Shown here: positions 11,200 through 21,129 of the stretch, in pieces | How positions within the stretch are numbered: the first letter of the stretch is position 1 | Layout: every line of letters begins with the position of its first letter | NCBI GenBank assembly: GCA_964507275.1 | Contig: CAZDPG010000001.1 | Coordinates: 468,577 to 532,576, forward strand | Origin: an uncultured Candidatus Saccharibacteria bacterium | GTDB taxonomy: Bacteria; Patescibacteriota; Minisyncoccia; Phycocordibacterales; Phycocordibacteraceae | Direction of reading: 5' to 3' | DNA length: 64,000 bases | Translations under genes and position numbers: made by a program | The notes under the pieces: model-generated | Told to the model about the DNA's origin: nothing | What the model saw: the letters and a program-made list of their open reading frames with translations, nothing else | Databases searched by the model: none

Positions 11200-11601
11200 T
11201 TACTCAAACTTAATCTGGAAACCGTACATTCCCATAGAACAGAGCCCTTGCAGGGTGCCATTCGCCTTCTCCGCGGGAATCAGTATCTCTTCCGTGCCGG
11301 ATGAACCGAGGAATTTCTGATACGAGAGGCTCGGAATGACCAAGCTCGCCGAGCAATCGAACGTACCGCTCGTATTCACCCGCAGTACGGTCGGCATACC
11401 AGCCTTCGCCACCACGACGCGCGGCGAGTAGCCACCCTTCGCGGTGATATCGACGATCTGTTGACCATCGACGATGACTGCGGTCGGTATAGCCCCCTCG
11501 ACGTCAGCGTCCTCCGGTCTTGCAGAAACGAGCCAGAATGCCCACCCCACAAGAGCAATACTTATTGCGAACGAGATGAGGATTCGTATGTTCATACGCA
11601 T
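11200..11601 (-). CDS. Cupredoxin-like domain protein
   Basis: N-terminal TM, GGYSP, C-terminal CSMGM Cu motif. Confidence 0.85.
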   Translation of the reverse strand: MRMNIRILISFAISIALVGWAFWLVSARPEDADVEGAIPTAVIVDGQQIVDITAKGGYSPRVVVAKAGMPTVLRVNTSGTFDCSASLVIPSLSYQKFLGSSGTEEILIPAEKANGTLQGLCSMGMYGFQIKFE

Positions 11602-12620
11602 TAGAGATTAAAGAGTGGATTGATAATCCCTGCAGTAGCGAGCGCATTCGCAAGGTTCAGGAGTGCGAGCACGATGACGATGATGCCTGCGGTCTTGAAG
11701 AATATCCCCTTCCACGATTGGTGCGCGATATTAAGCGAGCCGAAGGAAAGAACGGCGAGCATCGGGAGCGTCCCGAGCGCGAAGACGAACATCGTGAGCG
11801 CGCCCTGCATGAAGCTTCCAGTCGAGAGCGCATAGAGCTGCATTGACTGGGTGAATCCGCATGGAAGGAAGAAGGTCCCGATACCAACCAAAAGCGGTGC
11901 GAGATAATGGTCGTGCGTGCTGCCCGCTACGACCCGCTTCGAGAAGCGTGCCGGCATCGTAAGCTGTAATCGCTTCGTGAAATGAAAGACATCGAGCAAG
12001 TTAATGCCGAGGATGAGCATCACGAGCGCGACGATGCCGGCGAGTATTGCATTCGCCGTGAGACCGAGATGTAGCGAGTTCCCTAGCAAGCCGACCAGGC
12101 CGCCGAGCAAGAAGAATCCGCCGATCCGTCCGATATGGAAGAACCCCACCGTCCGCCAGGTACCGCCCTCGCGCGCCGAGCTTGCCGAGAGCGAGAGCAC
12201 CAGTCCGCCAACGATAGCGAGACAAGAGGAAACGGAGGCGATGAGGCCGATGAAGAATGCCGTTCCGTAGCTCACGTCCGAAGACGTAATGAGGTTCGTC
12301 AGTCCGGCCTTCTGCAAGAAGATAAACGCCGCTATGAGCAGGAGCGCGATAGGGAGCGCGTAGGTGAAATCGCCCCATCCGGCATCGTGCGAGCCCTTCT
12401 CCGCCCTGATGACATACCCATGCTCGCTCACCAGCTTCGTGAGCTCTCCCGCGACTTCTTCCGATGAGCCGATGAAGTCCCCCTCCACGGACACTTGCTG
12501 CTTCCCGAACGACACTTCGGCAGTCGCCACTCGCGGATCATCTTTGATAGCCTGTTCTATCCGCAATGCGCACGATGCGCAGTGCATGCCTCGTATGTGA
12601 AAAGTATTCTTTGTTGTCAT
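11601..12620 (-). CDS. Heavy-metal-associated (HMA) domain plus DsbD_2/TauE-like membrane domain
   Basis: GMHCASC, SSCLAIVGG, FLPCGFTQ, FALGTLP. Confidence 0.88.
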   Translation of the reverse strand: MTTKNTFHIRGMHCASCALRIEQAIKDDPRVATAEVSFGKQQVSVEGDFIGSSEEVAGELTKLVSEHGYVIRAEKGSHDAGWGDFTYALPIALLLIAAFIFLQKAGLTNLITSSDVSYGTAFFIGLIASVSSCLAIVGGLVLSLSASSAREGGTWRTVGFFHIGRIGGFFLLGGLVGLLGNSLHLGLTANAILAGIVALVMLILGINLLDVFHFTKRLQLTMPARFSKRVVAGSTHDHYLAPLLVGIGTFFLPCGFTQSMQLYALSTGSFMQGALTMFVFALGTLPMLAVLSFGSLNIAHQSWKGIFFKTAGIIVIVLALLNLANALATAGIINPLFNL

Positions 12621-12622
12621 AG

Positions 12623-12898
12623 CTATTTCCGCTTGAGCTTATACACCTTCAAGACCTCCTGAACCGCTTTCCCTGTCTGACCGGAAGTCATTTGTTTGTG
12701 CACACAACTATTTAAGTGATTCTCGAGGAGGATATCCTCCACGGTCGAGAGTCCCTGCTTAATGGCTGAGGTCTGCGCGATAATGTCGATACAATATGTG
12801 CTCTTCTCAAGCATTGAGACAAGTCCGCGCACTTGCCCTTCGATTATTTTCAATCGCCGCACCAACTTCGACCTCTCCGTATCGGACATATGCGTCAT
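12623..12898 (-). CDS. csoR: CsoR/RcnR-family metal-sensing repressor
   Basis: RLKIIEGQVRG, YCIDII, LENHLNSCV (C-H-C ligand set). Confidence 0.9.
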   Translation of the reverse strand: MTHMSDTERSKLVRRLKIIEGQVRGLVSMLEKSTYCIDIIAQTSAIKQGLSTVEDILLENHLNSCVHKQMTSGQTGKAVQEVLKVYKLKRK

Positions 12899-12912
12899 GT
12901 GCACTCTACTCT

Positions 12913-12929
12913 ATACCCCCAGGGGGTAT
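12913..12929. promoter_or_regulatory. CsoR-type operator
   Basis: Perfect palindrome ATACCCCC-A-GGGGGTAT directly upstream of csoR, abutting the RT stop codon. Confidence 0.8.
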
Positions 12930-13906
12930 TATTCAAGCTCTGTTGGTAATTCGCTGATGCGTGCTGAAAGCTTCCATGCATTCCCATGCCGGAGCATCCC
13001 CCGATACGACGCAACCGTGGCTTCGCTCGGATTACCACTCATCGCCCGCAGCATCCTCCTCTTCGTACTCGTGCGGAGTACGCGATGGTCAGGAAAATGC
13101 ACCCAGCCGAGAAAATCGATGCCTGAAGTGAGCGTTGCTATGGAGACTTTTTTTGGATGTAGCTCAAGCTTTAGTTTCTCGTGCAAGAAGTCTCGGATGC
13201 GTGGCAGAAGCGAGACAAGCTGATCGCGGTCACGAGAGAGGAAGACGAAATCATCAGCATAGCGGATGTAGTGTCTCGCTTTCAGTGTGTGTTTCGCAAA
13301 TTGATCGAACTCGTTCATATAAATGTTCACGAGGAGCTGGCTTGTGAGGTTACCGAGCGGGAGACCCTTCCCTGTTTCTGTGCTTGAGAAGCTTCCGATG
13401 ATGTTCTTCATGAGCGAGAGAGTACGTTCGTCGGGAATATATGAGTGCAGTATCTCCATGAGTGTTTGCTGGTCAATGGAAGCGAAGAACTTCCGTATGT
13501 CGCATTTGAGTACCCAGCAGATGCGTGTATCGTTCTGCGATACTTTCTGAGCACATGATCGGAATTGGTTCATCGCCCGGTGCGTACCCTTCCCCACGCG
13601 ACAGGAATACGAGTCAGCGACAAAGGTACGGTCGAAGAATGGGTAGAGCTGGCGATAGAGGGCATGGTGCACAAGCCGGTCGCGGACTGAGGCCTTGTGA
13701 ATGTCGCGCGGCTTCGGGTCCGCAATCTTGAAGTGGTGGTAGCCGCCGTGCTGATAGGTGCCAATGGCGAGGTCGTGATGGAGCACGAGGATGTGGTGCA
13801 TTAGATGTCGACCGAACTCCTGCACGTCAGCACGCTTCTTCTTTCCTCTTACGAATTCCTGCCACGCATCGAGAAGATTTTCGATTGAGATGATATCCTC
13901 ATACAC
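12929..13906 (-). CDS. DGR reverse transcriptase
   Basis: KPRDI, RDRLVHHA, LKCDIRKFF, GLPLGNLTSQ, YIRYADDF, IDFLGW. GTG start with GGAG 4 nt upstream; no maturase or endonuclease domain. Confidence 0.95.
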   Translation of the reverse strand: MYEDIISIENLLDAWQEFVRGKKKRADVQEFGRHLMHHILVLHHDLAIGTYQHGGYHHFKIADPKPRDIHKASVRDRLVHHALYRQLYPFFDRTFVADSYSCRVGKGTHRAMNQFRSCAQKVSQNDTRICWVLKCDIRKFFASIDQQTLMEILHSYIPDERTLSLMKNIIGSFSSTETGKGLPLGNLTSQLLVNIYMNEFDQFAKHTLKARHYIRYADDFVFLSRDRDQLVSLLPRIRDFLHEKLKLELHPKKVSIATLTSGIDFLGWVHFPDHRVLRTSTKRRMLRAMSGNPSEATVASYRGMLRHGNAWKLSARISELPTELE

Positions 13907-13914
13907 AAGACTCC

Positions 13915-14306
13915 ATGAGCAACCCCCCCCCCGACAGTTTCTTCCGGTACTTGAGAGATTGAAAAGTGCATACCTGCTTTGGTATGGATATTATCAGACA
14001 CTCCCTAAGACGCATCGCCACACACTCGGCGGAAGAGTGGACACGCTTTTTGTCGAAGTAATCGAGGCGATAGCTTCAGCGACATTTCTCTCCCGTAGCG
14101 AGAAGCAGCCCTGGGTGCGGCTCGCTATCCGAAAACTCGACACGCTGAAAGTACTGCTTCTCGTGCTCTGGGAGACCAAATCTCTTGAGACGAAAAAATA
14201 CGCCGCACTTTCGCTCCCGCTTGAAGAGGTTGGCAAAATGCTCGGCGGATGGAATGGACAGCTCACGAAGCAAAACTCAACCCCGCTAGTGCGGGGCGAA
14301 GAGTGA
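13915..14306 (+). CDS. avd: Avd-like four-helix-bundle accessory protein; start ambiguous (ATG 13915 is out of frame through a C10 tract, an in-frame ATG exists at 13890)
   Basis: LPKTHRHTLG...IRKLDTLKVLL...EVGKMLGGW, matching bAvd-like motifs; lies between TR and RT on the opposite strand. Confidence 0.82.
13923..13932. repeat. C10/G10 homopolymer at the RT/avd head-to-head junction
   Basis: AA-CCCCCCCCCC-GA, counted directly. Confidence 0.9.
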
Positions 14307-14312
14307 AGATAG

Positions 14313-14421
14313 TTGCGGGCAGGGACACCGGACAGGAACCAGTTGTCGTTCCAATCGTTGTCGTTGCGATTGCAGTTCACGTTCCGATCGTCATTCCAAC
14401 GATTGAACGTCAGGTAGCAAT
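14313..14421 (-). repeat. DGR template repeat (TR)
   Basis: 109 bp, rich in AAC/AAT codons (conceptually CYLTFNRWNDDRNVNCNRNDNDWNDNWFLSGVPAR); aligns without gaps to 14761-14869. Confidence 0.96.
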
Positions 14422-14674
14422 GTGTGGAGCGCCATCCGTATCACCACCCTTCGAGTACTCTCAGGGCTGTCTGCGGGGGTTCCGCGGTCTTCGGCATCAT
14501 AATGCCATAGCACTCCACACCAAGTATCTTCATTTTTTGAAGTGTCTGCGTGCATCCTCCATGTGCAACCGTAATCACAAATGTTCTCAACGCACGGATA
14601 CTGGGTTCAGCAGGAAGAAACCATGATCGCCCCCATATTCGCCTACTACCGTGTGTATACTATCAAATACAAAA

Positions 14675-14704
14675 TGGGCCCGCATTCCGGAGAATGCGGG
14701 CCCA
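14675..14704. other. Hairpin/cruciform downstream of VR (candidate DGR homing element and/or terminator)
   Basis: TGGGCCCGCATTC-CGGA-GAATGCGGGCCCA, a 13-bp perfect stem about 50 nt after the target stop, followed by TTTTG on the minus strand. Confidence 0.75.
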
Positions 14705-14756
14705 AGGACAAAGTCTCAAGGTTCCAAAGAGAACCGAGTGACCGAGCCCCGAGTAC

Positions 14757-15353
14757 CTACTTGCGGGCAGGGACACCGGACAGGAACCAGTAGTCGAGCC
14801 AAGCGCTGTCGTAGCGATTGCAGCCCACGCCCCGACCGTCACTCCAACGATTGAACGTCAGGTAGCAATTGTCGCCCCACTGCGAGCCATTCGGGTACTT
14901 GTCGGCGAAAGCGGGATCCTCTTCGTTCACTGCGGCTGTCGCGCGCGGGTCAGGCACGAGGCCATACTGCGCGAGAAATGCCGGAACCTCGGCCACGGGC
15001 ACAAGGCGCTTGGTCGGAACGAAGTACACATCGACTTCGTCACCCTCACCTTGCGGCATCGTGGCGACCACATCGTCGTTCAGGTACTTGTTGCGGCCGG
15101 TCTTATCGATGACTTCCTGCGGAGTGCGAGTGCGATCGACGCGGACGCGGCGGATGATGATATCGCTCTGTGCTTCGACATACTTGCGGAGAGTCGCAAC
15201 CATCTCATCGATAGCCGGATTCCCGGGCATCTCGAGGACTTTCTGCACACTTTCCGACAGAAGACCGGACTCGCGAAGTTTCGTTGCAAGCCGGTCATTG
15301 ATCTGGCCAATCTGGCCGTTGGTGATGGACTGGGTCCTGACATTGGTTGTCAT
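14757..15353 (-). CDS. DGR target (variable) protein, 198 aa, with a C-terminal VR
   Basis: The last ~36 codons are the VR; no signal peptide or TM segment; SD (GAGAGGA) upstream. Confidence 0.92.
   Translation of the reverse strand: MTTNVRTQSITNGQIGQINDRLATKLRESGLLSESVQKVLEMPGNPAIDEMVATLRKYVEAQSDIIIRRVRVDRTRTPQEVIDKTGRNKYLNDDVVATMPQGEGDEVDVYFVPTKRLVPVAEVPAFLAQYGLVPDPRATAAVNEEDPAFADKYPNGSQWGDNCYLTFNRWSDGRGVGCNRYDSAWLDYWFLSGVPARK
14761..14869 (-). repeat. DGR variable repeat (VR)
   Basis: 12 mismatches to TR, all at TR adenines on the coding strand. Confidence 0.96.
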
Positions 15354-15486
15354 TACGTTATCCTCTCAAGGAAAGCTGTACGACTCGACCCAGACGGGTT
15401 TTCGCCACAGCAGAAAAAAGCTTAGCGAATATGCCGTTTTCTGCTGGGGCGAACACTGGTCTCAAAGAGCGGAATAACTAGGACAT

Positions 15487-15514
15487 AGTATACACGATAT
15501 ATGTATCCTGTCAA
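15487..15514 (-). promoter_or_regulatory. Sigma70 promoter of the DGR target gene
   Basis: TTGACA-16 nt-TATACT. Confidence 0.75.
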
Positions 15515-15549
15515 TAGCCTTGGTACTACATCAGGAGATGCCGTGCCCA

Positions 15550-16257
15550 TCAAATGCGTTCGTCAGAGACAATCTTACCATCATCGATCTTGATAATGCG
15601 CTCGGCGAATCGCGAGAACTCCTCCTCGTGCGTGACCATGATGATGGTCTGCCCTCCGGCATGCAGCTCCTTAAAGATATTCATGACGGTCGCGGAAGAC
15701 TCGAGATCGAGGTTCGCGGTCGGCTCATCGGCGAAGAGGATGTCCGGCGTATGCGCGATGGCGCGGGAAATAGAGACGCGCTGCTGCTCGCCGCCAGAGA
15801 GCTGACTTGGGAGATTGTTCAGGCGACTACCGAGACCGACTCGGCTGAGCGCCTCAGCAGCCTTCGCTTCTGCGGCACTCTTCGATGACCCCTGCATGTA
15901 GAGCGGCAGGGCGACATTCTCTATCGCTGTCAGCTCCGGCAAGAGCGCATAATCCTGGAACACATAGCCGAACTCGGCGAGTCGGAACAGCATCTTCTCA
16001 TGCTCGCTCATCAGATGGGTCTCTTTCCCGTTGATGCGTATCTCGCCGCTGGTCGGCTCATCAAGGAGCGACAGCTGATACAGGAGCGTGCTCTTCCCTG
16101 CTCCCGAGCGACCCATAATCGCGATGAATTCCCCGTCTCTTACGGAGAGGTCAATACCCTTCAGCACGCGCGTCTCAATCGGGCCGTCCTTGAACGACCT
16201 GGTGAGACTTTTTATTTCCAGAAGCTGTGGTGATGAGGATGGTTGAGACATATTCAT
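15550..16257 (-). CDS. ABC transporter ATPase (LolD/MacB type)
   Basis: GRSGAGKST, LSGGEQQRV, ADEPTANLD, VTHE. Confidence 0.93.
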   Translation of the reverse strand: MNMSQPSSSPQLLEIKSLTRSFKDGPIETRVLKGIDLSVRDGEFIAIMGRSGAGKSTLLYQLSLLDEPTSGEIRINGKETHLMSEHEKMLFRLAEFGYVFQDYALLPELTAIENVALPLYMQGSSKSAAEAKAAEALSRVGLGSRLNNLPSQLSGGEQQRVSISRAIAHTPDILFADEPTANLDLESSATVMNIFKELHAGGQTIIMVTHEEEFSRFAERIIKIDDGKIVSDERI

Positions 16258-17514
16258 TTAATTGCGGCCGAGAATGGCGTCGAGTGTATTGCGTCGCACA
16301 ATCATGCGCGATGGCAAGTATCCTGCGATGACGGTCGTGAAGACCAGTAGTAGGACGCGCACGAATGTCCCGTCGATCGGGGCGACGAGGATGCCATCGC
16401 TAAACGGGAAATCGATCGGGTGCGCCGCTACCACCGGCACGAGGATGCCATACAAGACGAGTAGCCCAAGTGCTGATCCGATGACAGCATAGAAGAGCGA
16501 CTGGAAGATATACGAAATCTCGATAGCTTCGCCCGAGATGCCGATACCCTTCAGGATGCCGATGAATTTCCGCCGTGTGATTGCGTTGATGAAAATGACG
16601 ATGAAGATCGTGATGGCCGCAACGACAAGTCCAATGGAGCTGAAACCGTTTCCGAGCATAGCAAAGGTCGTCTTGACGTCGGCGACGCCGTTCGGAATGG
16701 AATCTTCGAAGGTTTGCACCTTCGCTTTCTTTCCGATGCCGCTTGAAAGCAGGAAGTTCTTGAAAGCAACCGGATCATTCCCGGGCATGAGACGTATGGC
16801 TATCTGCGCAACATTCTGGTCGGCCCGCCCCATGAGCGTGCGGAGCTCAGTGGCAGGTATGAAGACACTCATCCCCAGTTCGCTGATTTTACTTTTCACG
16901 ACACCCTTCACGATGACTTCGCGAGTCACACCGTTTACTGTCAACCGTACTTTAGTTCCAGGAGCCACATCGGTGAGCGGCGTAAGACCTGGTTGTTCAC
17001 CGAAAGCATAGTTCGCGAGCAAAAAATTGCCGATGAGTATCTGGTCATAGTCACCTTCGGCGAGATACTGTCCTTCGATAACATGATTGCTGAGACCGGT
17101 AAATGCATCTTCAGCAATTGGTTCGACACCGATGATCTGTGCGCCCGTCGCATTCGGTTTGTCCCTATCGCTCGTACGGGAAAGATAGTTCGCCTCGATC
17201 GTACCGCCTGTCTGATATCGCTTGGTCAGAAGCTCTACTTGCGGCAACGTCTTAATGAAAGCGACGACGCTCGGAGTGTCTTCGATATAGTCCTTGGTCG
17301 AGAGAGCGGAGAGGATGACATCTCCCGTGTACTGAGTACGGTAGCTTTCGTTGATGCCTTCGATGAGCCCGACCAGCACGCCCGTGACAACGACAAGGTT
17401 CAAGAACGTAAGCAACATCACGAATACGATGAGGCTCGTCGTCCACAAGCTTGCACGGCGAAGTTGCCGCACGGCGAGATAGAAACCGACGCGAATGTTG
17501 AGCAGTGAGAACAT
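16258..17514 (-). CDS. ABC permease (FtsX/MacB family)
   Basis: TM, large extracellular loop, then three TM segments; RRKFIGILKGIG. Confidence 0.9.
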   Translation of the reverse strand: MFSLLNIRVGFYLAVRQLRRASLWTTSLIVFVMLLTFLNLVVVTGVLVGLIEGINESYRTQYTGDVILSALSTKDYIEDTPSVVAFIKTLPQVELLTKRYQTGGTIEANYLSRTSDRDKPNATGAQIIGVEPIAEDAFTGLSNHVIEGQYLAEGDYDQILIGNFLLANYAFGEQPGLTPLTDVAPGTKVRLTVNGVTREVIVKGVVKSKISELGMSVFIPATELRTLMGRADQNVAQIAIRLMPGNDPVAFKNFLLSSGIGKKAKVQTFEDSIPNGVADVKTTFAMLGNGFSSIGLVVAAITIFIVIFINAITRRKFIGILKGIGISGEAIEISYIFQSLFYAVIGSALGLLVLYGILVPVVAAHPIDFPFSDGILVAPIDGTFVRVLLLVFTTVIAGYLPSRMIVRRNTLDAILGRN

Positions 17515-17519
17515 GGGCG

Positions 17520-19031
17520 CTAGGGCGCAGGAGCGAGGAGAATGACGTCACCCGCAGAAAGACCCGAGAGAATATGCGCCTGTCCGAGCATCGGAGACGC
17601 TCCAGTCGTGACCGGGCGGTTTTCTACCTCCCCTCGACGGAGGACCGACACATAGGGCGCACCATCATTCGTACCGACCGCACCGGCAGGAATGACGATC
17701 GCGTCCGGCAGCATACCGGTCTCCATGATGACATTCGCCGTCATACCGCTCCGAATGCGAGCGTCTTTCGTGAGAAATGCGAGCGTCGTCTTATATGCCG
17801 GGATACCGTCCTTCACCGTCTCGGCAGGATCGACCGCGATGACAACTGAGGGGAACTCGACTGATGACCCGTATGCATCGAGCGTCGTTGTCGCAGGATT
17901 GCCCACCGCAACACGCGCGATAGACACTTCAGGCACATACGTCTCTATCTGGAAGATGCCGTCGCTCTGCATCGATATCTTCGACGCGTCTGACGAGACC
18001 GCCTCGCCGACCTTTGCATCCATGCGAGTAACAATACCGCCAAACGGAGCGATGATGCGTGTCTTTGCGAGCAATGCGCGCGCGCTCTCGACATCAGCCG
18101 CCGCCGCCGCGACCGTCGACTCTTGCGCGGCTATGGCCTCGGCCGTTGAGCCAGCCTGTTTCAAGGAAAGATTCTTTTGTGCTGAGTTGAGTGCCGTGCT
18201 ATCCGTCGTGAGCGCCGATGCGGCACTGTTCACGTTCGTACGAGCGGTGGCGAGTGTCGTCCCGTATGACGTGAGCGTCGCCGCCGTAGTGACCGAGTCA
18301 GGCACTCCTTGGTTTACGGCGATGTTCATGTCTGCGAGAAATGTCGTTATCTGTGCAAGATATGCCTGAGACTGTCTGGCCGATTCGACAATGTTCGAGT
18401 CAGCGAGAGTAGTGACAAGAAGTGCCCACTTCGCGAGCATCGGTTCTATGGCCGCGCGCTGACTTTCAACCCCCGTCTCCAAACTCGCATTCGATACTGT
18501 GAACGAGAGGTTCGGATTCGTCCGCGGATTGGTGAAGAGAGCGTCCGACTTGTTATGAATGGCATCATCAGAGGAGGTGTATGCACTCTGTATCGCGTCG
18601 GCGAGTGCAGCCTTTGCATTCGCAACGGAAGCGGCTGCGACGGAAAGTTCTTCCGGTCGTGTGCCAGAACGAAGCGAAGCAAGATCCGCCTCAGCTCCTG
18701 CGAGCACTGACCGTTTCTGTGTGAGTGCGGCAACGAGATCGCCATTCTCTATCTCTGCAAGCACTGTTCCCTGCGCGACATACTGGCCAACTTCCGCATA
18801 CACACGAGCAAGCCGACCGTTTGTCGCAAATCCGAGGGCGACGTCCTTGGCTGCAATGACTGTACCCGACACACTCACCTGCTCCCTGAAGTCACCTGAG
18901 GAAACGGTGAGTGTCGCTCCCTGCTCACTCCCCCTCCCGAAAAAGAAGTACCCGCCTAGAACGAGAACAATGAGGGCGGCGACCATGAGGCGCCATTGAG
19001 GAACTGCGGAAATCTTGAAAGGTAACTGCAT
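17520..19031 (-). CDS. Efflux periplasmic-adaptor/membrane-fusion protein (HlyD/MacA-like)
   Basis: N-terminal TM, long alpha-hairpin, IIAPFGGIV, IRSGMTA, ILSGLSAGD. Confidence 0.9.
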   Translation of the reverse strand: MQLPFKISAVPQWRLMVAALIVLVLGGYFFFGRGSEQGATLTVSSGDFREQVSVSGTVIAAKDVALGFATNGRLARVYAEVGQYVAQGTVLAEIENGDLVAALTQKRSVLAGAEADLASLRSGTRPEELSVAAASVANAKAALADAIQSAYTSSDDAIHNKSDALFTNPRTNPNLSFTVSNASLETGVESQRAAIEPMLAKWALLVTTLADSNIVESARQSQAYLAQITTFLADMNIAVNQGVPDSVTTAATLTSYGTTLATARTNVNSAASALTTDSTALNSAQKNLSLKQAGSTAEAIAAQESTVAAAAADVESARALLAKTRIIAPFGGIVTRMDAKVGEAVSSDASKISMQSDGIFQIETYVPEVSIARVAVGNPATTTLDAYGSSVEFPSVVIAVDPAETVKDGIPAYKTTLAFLTKDARIRSGMTANVIMETGMLPDAIVIPAGAVGTNDGAPYVSVLRRGEVENRPVTTGASPMLGQAHILSGLSAGDVILLAPAP

Positions 19032-19102
19032 ATACTTACGAGTGTACCACTCGGCTTTGCTGCGTGCATCATGCCCCGCTAGGCGACCCGCATGCGTTTA
19101 CT

Positions 19103-19139
19103 AAAAACAATACGACGCCCTGGGCGCCGTATTGTTTTT
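19103..19139 (-). terminator. groEL terminator
   Basis: AAAAACAATACG..GCCC / GGGC..CGTATTGTTTTT inverted repeat. Confidence 0.7.
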
Positions 19140-19167
19140 CTTTATCGTACTGGAATTGGATTGTGGA

Positions 19168-20808
<1,641 letters not shown>

Positions 20809-20823
20809 TTAGGAGATAAGCGA

Positions 20824-21129
20824 CTAATTCACGATGCCGAGAATGTTTGACTCTGAAAGGATGTAGTATTCCTCACCTTCGATCTTCACTTCGTCATAGC
20901 CATATTTACTGAAAATCACCGTATTGCCGACCTTCACCTGCATCGGGACGCGTGTGCCGTCTTCGTATTTGCCAGGACCGACAGCGACGACAACGCCCTG
21001 AGCTGGCCGCTCTTTATCGACAGTCTCAGGAATGATGATGCCCGACGCGAGTTTCTTCTCCCCTTCCTTTCCGGCGGGCTTCACAAGGATGCGATCGCCA
21101 AGCGGCGTAAGTGACAGTTTCTTTGCCAT
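20824..21129 (-). CDS. groS: Co-chaperonin GroES
   Basis: PLGDRILV, SGIIIP, VVAVGPG. Confidence 0.97.
   Translation of the reverse strand: MAKKLSLTPLGDRILVKPAGKEGEKKLASGIIIPETVDKERPAQGVVVAVGPGKYEDGTRVPMQVKVGNTVIFSKYGYDEVKIEGEEYYILSESNILGIVN

Larger units (their letters stand above)
12929..15514 (-). mobile_element. Diversity-generating retroelement (target/VR, TR, antisense avd, RT)
   Basis: All core components are present; TR and VR differ only at template adenines. Confidence 0.96.

Noticed and set aside
12929-13906. RT as a group II intron, retron or Abi-type RT
   Set aside because: It has no maturase/endonuclease domain or retron VTG motif, and the LGNLTSQ motif plus adjacent TR, VR and Avd indicate a DGR.
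13994-14380. 128-aa minus-strand ORF beginning in the TR (MNCNRNDNDWNDNW...)
   Set aside because: It is the Asn-rich TR frame continuing as the antisense shadow of avd; there is no SD or independent evidence of coding.
14313-14869. TR/VR or the pilin repeats as a CRISPR array
   Set aside because: There are only two copies each, no repeat-spacer periodicity and no cas genes.
10717-15514. tRNA-anchored genomic island or prophage carrying the metal operon and DGR
   Set aside because: I found no integrase, phage genes or duplicated tRNA 3' end.
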